The translations under genes and the position numbers were made by a program. The notes beneath the pieces were generated by a model. It was not told the origin of the DNA, searched no databases, and saw nothing but the letters and a program-made list of their open reading frames with translations. A DNA stretch of 62,362 bases, counting the filler, from Choristocarpus tenellus KU-1152 (lineage: Eukaryota; Protista; Phaeophyceae): assembly GCA_964200185.2 (NCBI GenBank). It is 13 parts of 13 records of this genome, joined end to end, with 100 filler letters (N's around TTAATTAATTAA, not from the genome) between each part and the next. Parts side by side here need not be neighbours in the genome. Positions count along the whole stretch, not along the records: positions 39,148 to 46,169 come from CAXNAD020006839.1; positions 46,270 to 50,607 come from CAXNAD020015041.1; positions 50,708 to 56,174 come from CAXNAD020010693.1; 10 more parts are not named here. One strand, given 5' to 3'. Numbering within the stretch: position 1 is the stretch's first letter; the number at the start of each line of letters is the position of its first letter. Shown here piece after piece: positions 39,190 through 50,770 of this stretch.

Positions 39190-42100
39190 AAGCCGCGGGT
39201 TCAGTGTGGGATAGTTCAACAATAAGTCCCTCAGAAAATGATGTCGGACATCAATGTGCTTTGTTCTAGTAGAGCTTGTGGCATTTCGTACTAGTTTGCA
39301 TGCACTATCGTTCTCCTCAAACATGTCAATGCAACGCCTAGGAAACTGTAGCTGAATTAACTCAAAAACGCTTCTCAAGAAAAGTAATTCCTGTGCCATA
39401 CTGCTAAGAGCTATGTATTCACTCTCCGTGGAAGACAGAGCTACAACTCTTTGTACCTTTGGAATCCAAGATATTGCTCCTCCTGCAAACATTATTGCTC
39501 CTCCAGTCACTGATCTATGATCATTCCAGTCTCCAGCATAACTAGCATCAGCATATGCACTCAACTCACACTCAGTACTAAAACTACCAAAACTCAATCC
39601 AACACTGGGACACGTTTTCAAATATGCTAAAATAATTTCACTGCACGTCAATGTGTGACTTTGGGATTGCTACTGTACTTGGCAACTTCACGAACTGCAT
39701 TTGCAATGTCAAGCCTAGTCATAACAGATGCCCACATCAAACTACCAACTGTCTCTCTGTACGGTGTTATTTTATCAACACTTGGATGATTCTCACTCTT
39801 GTCTAGAGCCCTTGAGAGATCATGGGGTACCAACCTCTTCTTTGCCCTATCCATCCCAAATCTTTGACAAACAAATATTTATTTTCTGTTTTCTGCTCGA
39901 ATAAAAATTCTGGTTCATATCCCTCTCCTGCAATTCCAGGTCTATAATTAATGCCAAAAACCACTCTTAAATGTACAGGCCATGTCGTCAGGGCAAAGCT
40001 ATCACAGAAAATCTAAAGCATTTGTCTCATGAAAACCTAGTTGCTACTAGACATGCCTTGTATCACACTACCTTACCAAATTCATTGCACTTGTGCTAGT
40101 GAATCTATTTTGGTGTAAATTGCCCTGCGTCCAGGGAGTAAAACGGCCTCCACCCAACTGTTATTCAAACAACAAACCAGACATCTCTTCTGCTCTAGTT
40201 TGATCCAATAAATAATATTAAGGAGAACTATGTGCTGCTATTGCAGTGTTGGGTTCTAGAGGGAATTCATCCGCTAATACTCTAATAGACTTTTCACTCA
40301 CACAAATCGCGAGGGTAGTCTCAATGGAAAACAGACGAAAAATATCAAACAATGGAACTCTTACAAAATAAAACAGAACAAAAATCAAAGAAACTTGCAC
40401 AATCGTGACCTCAGCGTCCGGTCTCCACTTCCTGAACTCTCACCAATCTAGACCTTTATCCATAACAAAAAACGTCTCTCTCATATTCCCCTTGTCCTCT
40501 CGATCAGTCCAGGAGATTCTATTCTCAACACCCCCCAGCTCTTGGCCTGAGAGTAGATACGATGTGTCCTCTAGTCCGTGGGAGATGTGAAGGGAAGTAT
40601 GCAGATAACAACAAATAAAACACCGAAACAATCTCGTCCTCATCCTTCAAGCAGAGCGTTAGGATACAAGATTGCATGCTATATATTCGGGACAAATGCG
40701 ACAGACGCCAAAGTAACATTCACCCACTCATCGCGGCCAACATTGAAATTCCAATCAATCTTGCCATACTCCGCAATGGGCAGTGATGTGCCTTCAGCCA
40801 CAGTCATTTTGCAGCCATATGGACATGTGGTGAAATCATAAATGTACTTTGGATCTTTCGTCACATTATTGGAAGTCCCCGAATCAAAACACCATGTTTC
40901 GAAAGCATTTGTTCTCACCTTGCCATTTTCAGCCACAGCGACTGACATGGTCTTTAAACTTCCTTCCTGTCCTAGCCGGTTCCTCTGATCCAGCTAGTTC
41001 TTCCACCAACTTTAGCGGAGTCGCCCTCTGGCGATTTGAACTTCCCACCGACTTTGGTGGTCCCACCCTCCTCTGGGGGCAAACAGCTTGCTGGTGGCCT
41101 CTGCTCCCGCAGCTGTAGCACAGTCCTTTATATGTGCAAGGACCTGTGTGTTTTACCAATCCGCACCTTGTGCATATTTATCTGGCCTTGGTCAGCCTCC
41201 TGGTATGGGATCCTTTCGTCCCAGGGTGTGTACGAGGACCAGTCGTACCTTGGTTGTCACCTCGGCTAACCTTTAGCTGGGTCTGGGCGGACAGAGTGCT
41301 CCCTGGCTTTCCGCGATCCGCTGCTTACCGTTGAAGAGAGAAGTAGCGCGACCGAGCAGCTTGCTCTATCGTGCTCTCGAACGCTCACTCTTATGATGGT
41401 GCTGAAGATAATGTTTGGTGATCTGGTAGTCATCCAAAAATTCTAACATGGCGATTTCTCTGACCTGCTCGAACATCACATGCCCCATCATCACCATCTG
41501 GCCAACCCAGTCCAACATCATTGTAAAAGTGATTTGGGGGTCTGACCCCCGCGGCATCTTGGGTGTCATCACTCTCCTTTGGAGCCTGGCTATTTCCTCA
41601 TCTGAGTGTGGATAAGGAAGTGTTCACGTAGCTGTTGCCAAGCTCCTGATGGCGATGCTGCATTGTGGACAATGCACCTGTAGAACCCGTTGGCACTTCA
41701 CAACAGGACGTCATAAGCCTTCTTGGCCTTGGTGACCTCTTCTTCACTGACATCTTCCCCCTTAGTGAATTCAATGTCACCCACTCTGATGGTTCCCTTC
41801 TGTGCTCCAATGCCTCATCAATATCCCCCTTCGCCCCCCCAAAATGCACGGGTTGAAGAAAACCAGTCTGCATAGTTGTCATCCGTGAGTTAAAGGAGTT
41901 TGGAGTGGATCCCATCTGAGGCCCTGAGTGATGTAATACCAACCAAACCAGTCCGGGTGCGCCTCCCCTAGCTAGAGTTTGGATTATGGCGCTTAAGCGT
42001 GTTGAGAAACTTGGCGCATTTAAGGCTCTTTGCCGAAAGCTAGTAGTTGCTAGTAGTTACATGGTAAAACATACACTGAATATTTATTATCTCTGATGTA

Positions 42101-42240
42101 TGACCAAAGACTGACCCATCATACCGCTATGCACATTACTACTTTGTGTTGTACCGAACTAAAGATAAACGTACATGAAACCTATGTTACATACTTGTAT
42201 CAACATAGATAACGTAAGGATAACACTAGGTTATTCGACA
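39190..42240 (-). mobile_element. Ty1/copia LTR retrotransposon remnant (gag, Zn knuckle, protease, RT end, RNase H; internally deleted)
   Basis: CYSCGSRGHQQAVC knuckle; WCFDSGTSNNVT protease; PYRETVGSLMWASVMTRLDIANAV RT end; YADASYAGD...RSVTG...LSSTESEY...RTKHIDVRHHFLRD RNase H; candidate LTR TGTTGAG...TTCGACA at 42000-42240. Confidence 0.92.
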
Positions 42241-44989
42241 CACCCCCTTCTCTGTCAGTCTGTCAACTCACGGAGGTTGAATATGCTACGCAATCTGCAG
42301 GTTAGACCAATCGGTCTCACGCAAGTCCCCCCCAGGCTGCGCCAGGTCTATCTTTTCCATTCCTCAACATACTGGACCCCTTTAATCTAGTCTCTGCTGG
42401 TTTCTGCCCGGTTATGTGCACTCCAAGCTCCAACAACCTCCCACGATCACGTGTTGGACTCCCCCAGCCAATTCTAGCGTCACGCTCTATCCTATGGGCA
42501 GATCTCGAGAGTTCAATAGAATGACGGACAGTTCAACCACAGTAACTGATCTATGATGACTTGTAAGGACTCCACCTCACGTTGGGACGTACAGATCTGT
42601 TATTTGATTAAGGATATGTCCTATCAAAACCACATATGGTATCCAATTGTTCAAACATAGGCTACTCATTCGATTTGCTTTGATACGATACAGCATCGTC
42701 AGTCCATACTGAACGTTGATTTGCCCATTGCAATGGTCGCTATGCCCAATTACATCATTAGCTCATTAGGTTATCATCACAACTCACTCAGAAGATCAAG
42801 TATATAGGAAGTATAGGAACAGTCGCTAACTATCACTCATACAGGCATATACTATGTGCGACAGTTTCGTTAGATATGGATTCAAGGTTGGGTTCTTCTT
42901 TCTTCCTCGTGTTACTTCTTCTTTTTCATATAAGTTATCAGTTGCATAGCATGTGTTCATTATTTTTTACTTGACTGGCATTGCCTAACACAAGACATCC
43001 TGTTCACTCTGCAACACGTATAAGATACACGCCAGGATGCAATATATACAGAGTTTTGAACCATCCTTCGAAACCCTTCTCTGCCAAGGTGACAACCCTC
43101 TTCACAGAGGATGAATTTCTTCATTTGAGCGCCTCAATGAATGACCAAACTGTTTCTACCAATCACAGTCTGTTTGAGTAAGACATGCCACAGATGTACC
43201 AGTATCAGGTCTCAACACCAAACATCAAATAATGCAAACGCCTCAGGTATGTTAGAAGAACCTTCCATCCTGTGTCTACAAACCACATATGATTAAGTAT
43301 AAGAGTTTGGTTCTCTTACATGCCACACACTGTTGAGAAGCAAAACCCACTGCAACGCCCAAGTCTGTTCACCCAACTCTGCAATCGCATTGCATGTGCA
43401 AAAATCAGACATCGTTGTGTTATGGAAAAAGCAAATTTGAACATACTCTCCATCACGTACGTGACAGCAAGTACTTCCGTTCATGCACACAACAAAAAAA
43501 AGGACTACAAGCGCAACAAAAACATGAAACACCCCCCCATAAAGTACACTCGACATACACAACCCCAGTGCGGCATTAATCTGCTTCTTCCATTATCCAT
43601 ACAACTCGCCTAAGGTAGTACACACCAGAAGGGACCGCGGTGGTAGTGTTCTACTCACTTCTCTCCCAAATCTTCTTTTTGGGAGATCTCAAAAATTCAC
43701 CCAACTTCATACATATATACATAGACGCATACATACATGGGGACATACATAGTACATACATAAGAGGACATACTCATCCTCGGAACAGAGCACCTACTAC
43801 ACGTATCCATGCTCATTTATTTGTGCCCATCCTATCCTGTTTGCATATTAATATATTGCTTCGTTACAACAACAATTGTAAGACCTTCTTCCTCCATCTG
43901 ATTGCCTTCGTCCATTAACACCATGACTACTACTTCTACACATCTTTTTATTTTCGGAATTAAATGTAACATAAGCTTTGCATGCTCTGTTAATGACCCT
44001 CGTGATAAACCATTGCACGAGGCTTAGTCTTCATATCGATTGGGGGGCGTGCGAAGTGTGAGATGGTGGGCTGTTATGACTGTGGATGATCGATCAACAG
44101 TGCAAAGTTGACTGAGTCACATTTGACGGGGTTCAAGAATCTCGTCAAAATTTCAAAACGGGCGTTTTTTGGGATGCCTAGGACAAAGGGCCCCCCTCAT
44201 TTGAGCAGCTTGCCCATCCCCGTGTCGCCCGTCAGTCCCAATTCTTCGACCCAGAAGTCTGACAGGGGTTCAGACTCAAGTATCGAAACAAAGAACAGTG
44301 TGGTAGTGCAACACCTGGAGGAGAGAGGGTGAGAGACTCGCATGTCTCAGGGGATGGCAGTGGCAATTGATGAGGACTTCAGAATTTTCCAAATCACAGT
44401 GTTCTGTTGTCTGAAGGAGTATGGCAGCCAGATCGCACAGGGTGAATGCATATATACAATAGCACCCTTGCTGTCATCGCCTAACAATAGTATCCGCCCC
44501 TGCGTCGATATCCTTCTCATTTGCTGATATCGTTGCCATAAAATATCCCCCCCTACCTTCACAGGCAGTCGGCCGGAGGCCCAAAGAAATCTCAAGAGGA
44601 AAAGACGACAGAGTTGATCACGTCAAACTTCAGCACAACCCATACGATCGACCTGGCCACATGTGTTTTCTTGTCCCAGAAGTGCAATGCCAATCTTCTC
44701 GACAAGGATAGGTAGAGTCCATGTTTTCAAAGCTGGGACCGGACCCACATGTTGCCGCTGATAAGCTCGCGGGGATCCTGAGTGGACAACCTTTCTCTTT
44801 GTGCTAGAGATGGAAAACCATCAATAAGTTCAAGACCAACATCCGCAGGGCAAAGGTACCCTCTCATGTGTCCGACGGCAAACTGCTCACACACTACATT
44901 GCCAACGCCAACCTGGACTTAGATGAGGATGGCGACGCTAGGGATCCGGACGACTACGATAACGTCTTGTTTTGTCTGAATGGGCAACA

Positions 44990-45669
44990 GAGTGAAAGTA
45001 TCTTAGAGGGTATGAGTTTTTCCCTATTTGTCCATTTGGGGCTTGACTTCCCATGGGGTTTTTTATGACATTTTCCTACTCCAAAATATTTTGAGTAGGT
45101 AAAATGTATATGTTATGAAAAGGTGTATCCTGAAAATGGATATTGACAGTTCCTAACAATCACGATAGCTGTCAGGGACAGGTTCTTTTTTAGGAATCTC
45201 CGACACACACATTATGCATAAGACGCGCGGTCATATACAATTGCGTGCGCCAACAACGTCATTTGAGCTCATCCATACCGACCAGTCCAATAAACCAACC
45301 ACACCCATAAGATCCGGATTTGACCAAACAGCCAAAACGGACTATCAGAACAAAGAACCATTCTGATTCTGAATGATCCATCACTTTGCTGTGACGTTGC
45401 TCGGTCAGTCGGGAACATCTGTTGTGTTTTAAGGTTTTTGGTCTGGACTGGATTTCCTCATCTGTTCTGAGATGTTGAGCCGAGACCTTTGAAACTCGGT
45501 CTCACCCTCTGAGGTGAAGGAGTTTCAGTCCGGTGATTGTGATTGCCTCCTTAAGCAGAGAACTTGGCACCTTTAACACTGCCACATAGCAAAAATTACA
45601 TTAAAATCGCAACATTGGATTTTGAGCCCCCAAATGGACGCGGCTCTACCCTCTAAGATACTTTTGCTC
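44990..45669. mobile_element. MITE family B carrying a solo LTR
   Basis: Family B TIRs at both ends; TSD ACA/ATA; interior interrupted at 45170-45586. Confidence 0.88.
45170..45586. mobile_element. Solo LTR (417 bp)
   Basis: TGTCAG...CTGCCACA termini flanked by a TAGC duplication; other family B copies show the empty site CACGATAGCCAAAATTAC-like. Confidence 0.75.
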
Positions 45670-46269
45670 ATATAGAATAATGAAGCTGAGGGTCATCGAG
45701 TGCGTGGCGAAGGAGGATAATATCCCATGTGGCATCAACCTCCCAGCCCACGCCACAACACGATGGGCCTCAGACGTTGGAGCAAACCTCCAGATAGGCG
45801 AGCACAGGAGGTTCATATTGAAGATATATCCACACGATCCATTTCCACCGCCGCCCAGGCCGAGGAAGAATGGGCATTGCAAACGTGGAAAATCAAAAGG
45901 GTATACTTAAGGAGAATGCACACCAAGGGTGTCCTCATTAAAAGGGCTGTCCTGGAGGTCGCCATGCAGATCATGAACGATCTCAAGAGGAGAGACGAGC
46001 TCGGGATCGATCCCGACGCCGATGACTCCTCAGCGGGTCTTCAGAAGAGCCTGCTCCAGAGAAACAATACATCCTGAGCGAAGAGGTACTCAAGGGAGTG
46101 TCAGGTGTTCGATTAGACTCTTCCAACTCTATCGGACAGTTACGGTAAAATATGTATGGAGTAATGGGANNNNNNNNNNNNNNNNNNNNNNNNNNNNNNN
46201 NNNNNNNNNNNNNTTAATTAATTAANNNNNNNNNNNNNNNNNNNNNNNNNNNNNNNNNNNNNNNNNNNN

Positions 46270-48107
46270 CTTCTACAAAACTACTTTTGGCCATACTTCT
46301 CAAGGGTCATTAGCGTGGCGTTGTCACGTGTGTGATCACTGGTCAGCCGAAGCCAGTGAATATCCACCCCACGCTCCCCATCCTCGCCGACGCGCTCCGC
46401 TAGGATCTTGCCGACCAAGAGCGACGCCTCCGTTGCCACAAAAAAGGCAAACCTGCCTTCCTGCACTGAGACTAGGTTTCTATGGTTCCCCAATGTCAAG
46501 GTAGCACGAGGCGAACCCCATCGACGGGAGCCAGGTTCTTCCTTGTCACTGTCCGATGAGGAAGAGTGTGTTTCCTCGAGCCCGCCGAGATCATTGTAAC
46601 CGCTGACGAGACTATCTCCCCCACTCGAACGTTCGCCCTGGTCGTTGTGTCTTCGACGTCGCTGGTGCTAGTTCCAGCGCCATCGTCATCGGTGGGAAGC
46701 CAATGGACTGGGAGGTCGAAATCTCGTTCCCCTGTCTTTTTGAGAAGTCGCACTGACTCGCTTTGCTCATGTTTTGCTCTCAGAACGGCTTCATTGTCTG
46801 CTAAGGTGGAATCCATGAGCACAAGAACATCAACGGTATGGATGCATGAATGTTACTTTGTTACCAGGCGTGAGGTTTCATGAATGCACTCGAGGAGCAT
46901 GCGGTGAGAGGGAGGGTGTATATTTCGTCGGAATGGTCTCTGTTGAGTACAAGACCGGTGCCCTCAAAAAATTTATGGGGAGTAATCTATGGTACTTTTT
47001 TATTGTAACATGCGACGATCACTACACATGAGAATGCAATATTTTTCAAGATTTTTTTCTAAAGGCTGTAAAGGCTGCCTCGTACAAAAGTTGCACCTGA
47101 TTCTTTTTGCTGCCACCGAATACCAAAATTAGCTATCAACTCCCCTCACGAAAAAATCGACTTACCCAGTGGGTACGCAGCAGGGAGGCGCTCGTGAGAC
47201 GCCTGGTACCACTGCTCCACCTTCAGGATGACGTCTTTGGGAACGCTCTTGAGCTGGTAGGGTGGTGCATCTTGGATACGAGGCGGGTGGCCGATGAAGA
47301 GGTCGTGCGGAGGGGTGTTGGGGTCCATAGCAAGGTCTCCGCCTATCCCACTCCATACTGTGCTGTGCATGCATCGCTTTACGCTAACCTTCACCCGCCC
47401 ATCACCGCCTTTTTCAACGCGAAAAGCTCTGTACCTCGTGATGTTGGGGACACGGTTGACACGACCGTGAAGGGGTCCCTTAAAGTTGCCCTCGTTCCGC
47501 AGGGTCTTGTAGTATACTGGAACCTCCGTGTAAGAGGCCTGCAGCTCTTCACCCAGCTTTGTTCTTATGAATATGTTCTTGCCTTTTATACCACGTGAGA
47601 ACCTGAAGATGAAATGCAAGGAAGTTAATTTCGAGGCGGGGGCGAAAGAAGCGAAGTGGAGAAGCAAGATATATATGCAGGCACATGCTCTGATGCATGT
47701 ATATGGAAGTATAGATATAAAAATGGGTGATGCGCACATTTTTTTTTATTGTTTTGTTTCGAGAGTATGTTACGAAACAATTTTGGCAGCTGCTCTTATC
47801 GTTCAATTTTGTTGTGGGGAAATCAAAAGTCAATCAATCAATTACAGCGTACGACCATAAACCTTCCAGGAATGCAACAAGCGTGAGCTGCAAGCTTCGA
47901 GGCAGTATCCGTCTGTATAAAAACACTATGGCCATCGAATTTGCATATCTTGCCTAATTACCTGGAGAAGATCTGATCGATTTTGATTTGCGTGTGCCCC
48001 ACCATCATAAAATGTATCTCGACCACACGAATGACACTCGCCGCGACCAATAGCCCCGCATATCCGAGAAAGAAATTGTTCTTGTTCTCTGAGACGCAGT
48101 TGTCGAC
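46270..48107 (-). pseudogene. Sola-type DDD transposase, intron-containing, partial and frameshifted
   Basis: Phase-compatible exons 48107-47962, 47602-47166 and 46800-contig end: VDNCVSENKNNFFLGYAGLLV...IHFMMVGHTQIKIDQIFSR-FSRGIKGKNI...NITRYRAFRVEK...VSVKRCMHSTVW. DNCxxENKN and GHTxxxxDQxFS are Sola1-like catalytic motifs. Confidence 0.75.
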
Positions 48108-48203
48108 CTGGCCAGTTTGGGGAGTTGGGAGCGAGGGAGGGACAGGCGTGAGGCCGATATGTCAGCCCATTTCGCCGCGTTTCGTGGAGAAACAAGATAG
48201 GTT

Positions 48204-48461
48204 GAGTGAAAGTATCTTAGAGGGTACGAGTTTTGCCCTGTTTGTCCATTTGGAGCTTGGCTTCCCACGGGTTTTTTAAGTAATTTTTTCTACTCCAAAA
48301 TGTTTCGGAGTAGATAAAATGTATACCTTATGAAAAGGTGTGTATGGAACAAGCATATTTACACTTCCTAACAAACACGATAGTCAAAATTACATCAAAT
48401 CGCAACATTGGATTTTGGCCCCCAAACGGACGCGGCTCTACCCTCTAAGATACTTTGACTC
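48204..48461. mobile_element. MITE family B
   Basis: GAGTGAAAGTATCTTAGAGGGTA ... TACCCTCTAAGATACTTTGACTC. Confidence 0.92.
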
Positions 48462-48696
48462 CATGTTTGAGACGTTCTATTTCTATATCTTGATGGAGTA
48501 TTCTAGAAACATGTAAGTGTTTATTTTTAGTGATTCCTTCTAGAAGCAACAGGTCCTATACCAAACCCCACCATCTATAATAACATCAATCTTTTCTTTT
48601 CAACCACCTCATCACGTTCAGCAAGGGGGAATCGTGCGACGCTCCCATCTCTTTCTTTCCTCTTCTTCCGTAATCACAAAAACAGCAGTCTAAATC

Positions 48697-49520
48697 TGGA
48701 CAGCCCTATCCAACAGGTGCCCAGTGGCTGGGTGCAGGAGGCATGATGTCGACATCCGACATCCTCGTACCTGCCCCTACGGCAGGGGGTCAGGTACGCC
48801 AGCACGCACCGACGGTTAAGCGTCTAGGTCAACTCTGTGAGGGAATGGGCACCCCTTGCACTATTGAGGATTGTAGCCCATTCGCAATGGACCGGAACTT
48901 CTGCATGGATGCGATCGTCCATGTCGGGGCAAATGTGACACTGGATCAGCTCCCTACTGGGACAAAGGCCTCCTCCTAGATGTTGCTTTGAGTCAAAGTA
49001 TCTCAGAGGGTAGAGCCGCCCCAAATGGACAAACAAGGCAAAACTCGTACCCTCTAAGATACTTTCACTCTTTACCAGAAAAGCAAATAGCATTCCATCT
49101 GCCACACTCATCCACCAGCAATGGTGTAGGTGTTGCTGCAGGTGAGGTGTGAAAAGCGCATCCAACACAAGGATTCTTTTGACCCTCATAGTTATAACCT
49201 CAACACCTTTGCAATGGGAAATTTTGAGTGACTCGGTAAGCAAGCAGAAAGTTTTCTGGATGAGTTGGCTACACATGCAGTGGGGGAGAGAGGGGCGGGA
49301 GGTAATAGCAGGAAAGGGACTTTCAGGTCCGGTTTGAGACAAATAATGTCCATCACTGCACAAGAGACTCTCTCATGACGTATCATGCATGCGCTTCAAG
49401 CTGGAGAGATATCAAGCAGATGGGCAAGGAGGGGGCTGTCAGATTCCTGGGACGCTTCCCTAGCTCTTCTCCCACTTGTGTAAGGCTAAGCTAGGTTGGA
49501 GGTGTAGCAGCAATGTACAC
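48697..49520 (+). mobile_element. RLE-type (CRE-like) non-LTR retrotransposon, 3' portion
   Basis: NRCPVAGCRRHDVDIRH..CPTAGGQVRQH knuckle, CMDAIV and LLLDVA, then the RLE C-terminus; interrupted by an 81-bp MITE B derivative. Confidence 0.72.
48990..49070. mobile_element. 81-bp internally deleted family B MITE
   Basis: Both TIRs intact, interior lost, TSD TTT. Confidence 0.85.
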
Positions 49521-50083
49521 ATATCATGGAAAATTTCCAAGCTTCAAGGGAGTGCTGCAGTGTAGCTGGCATTCAAATAGAAATAGTTCTTGAGAGATAT
49601 ATTAACATTTACGACAACTGTTACTTTTATAGGGGTACTTGTGATATCGGTTTGATTTTTTCCCTGACACATCTGCAAAATGTCAAAGGGCATAATATAT
49701 GTACTCTTTAGTTACCTAGTATCCACATCACACGCATACTACCCTGCACAGAATATGATCATGACTTGGTGTTTCAATTTGCATTATTTATTTTATGTCT
49801 GACAATTTTTGCAGAGATGTTTTTCAACAGACAAACTCAGTCAATACGTGACACACACACAAGCTGACTAAGAATTAGACTTGAGTCTCCTTATTTATTT
49901 TTTCTCATAGATCAAACTCTGTTGTCTTGTTTTTTATTTTTTATTTTAAAATGTTGACTTTGTTCTGACTTCCGATTCACTCTGCAATAAGTGTACTTCA
50001 ATACACATCTGGATGGGATATATTCAGAGTTAATACATCCACAAGCCTCTACTCTCAGAGTATGCATCGCTATACCGAACCAC

Positions 50084-50439
50084 TGTTACAGGCGAATAGC
50101 ATGAACAATTTCTTCTCATGTCCTAGCAAACGTGAATAGCGCGAGCATTTCTTCTCGTGTTCTAGCAATGCGAGCAGTATATGAGATTATTAGCACATAG
50201 GTAGCCTTGCAGAATAAGTGCTGATTCCTTAGAAGATGCAGAGTATGATTCGTAATGCATACGTATCCTTACAGAAGAAACGTCAAAGTTCCTAGAGGTT
50301 GCAGAGAATAAAGGTATATGATTGGAGAATGTATACAGCAGTTGCAGATATCTTTTACCATAGAAGCCCAAAGGAAATGGGTGAATGGTGAAAATAATAA
50401 AAAGGGGTTTCGGTCATGATCCATCACCCCTCTATAACA
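50084..50439. mobile_element. Candidate solo LTR (TGTTACAGG family)
   Basis: TGTTACAGG...CTCTATAACA termini; internal tandem duplication of about 39 bp at 50092-50170; no TSD seen. Confidence 0.35.
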
Positions 50440-50707
50440 GTCCTTTGATCTTGAACGAAAGATTGAGTCAAGCTTTGAGCTGGCTCAAAGTATTTGGGGG
50501 GGGGTGGCAGCTGTCCATTTGGGGGCTATTTTTTCATGTCGTGATTTTTGGGCGATTTGGTTGCATACGGCGGATGGATATGTTACAGGCGCCCCTCAGA
50601 ACCCACCNNNNNNNNNNNNNNNNNNNNNNNNNNNNNNNNNNNNNNNNNNNNTTAATTAATTAANNNNNNNNNNNNNNNNNNNNNNNNNNNNNNNNNNNNN
50701 NNNNNNN

Positions 50708-50770
50708 ATCACAACATTGTATTTTGACCCCCAAATGGACGCGGCTCTACCCTCTAAGATACTTTGGCTC
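50708..50770. mobile_element. MITE family B, end fragment
   Basis: CCCCAAATGGACGCGGCTCTACCCTCTAAGATACTTTGGCTC. Confidence 0.85.

Larger units (their letters stand above)
44716..46077 (+). pseudogene. Decayed orphan ORF with a ParB/DGQHR-like CLNGQHR motif, split by nested insertions
   Basis: Excising 44990-45669 plus the 3-bp TSD joins ...YDNVLFCLNGQ|HRIMKLRVIECVAKED...FILKIY; also contains a stop and a frameshift. Confidence 0.45.
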
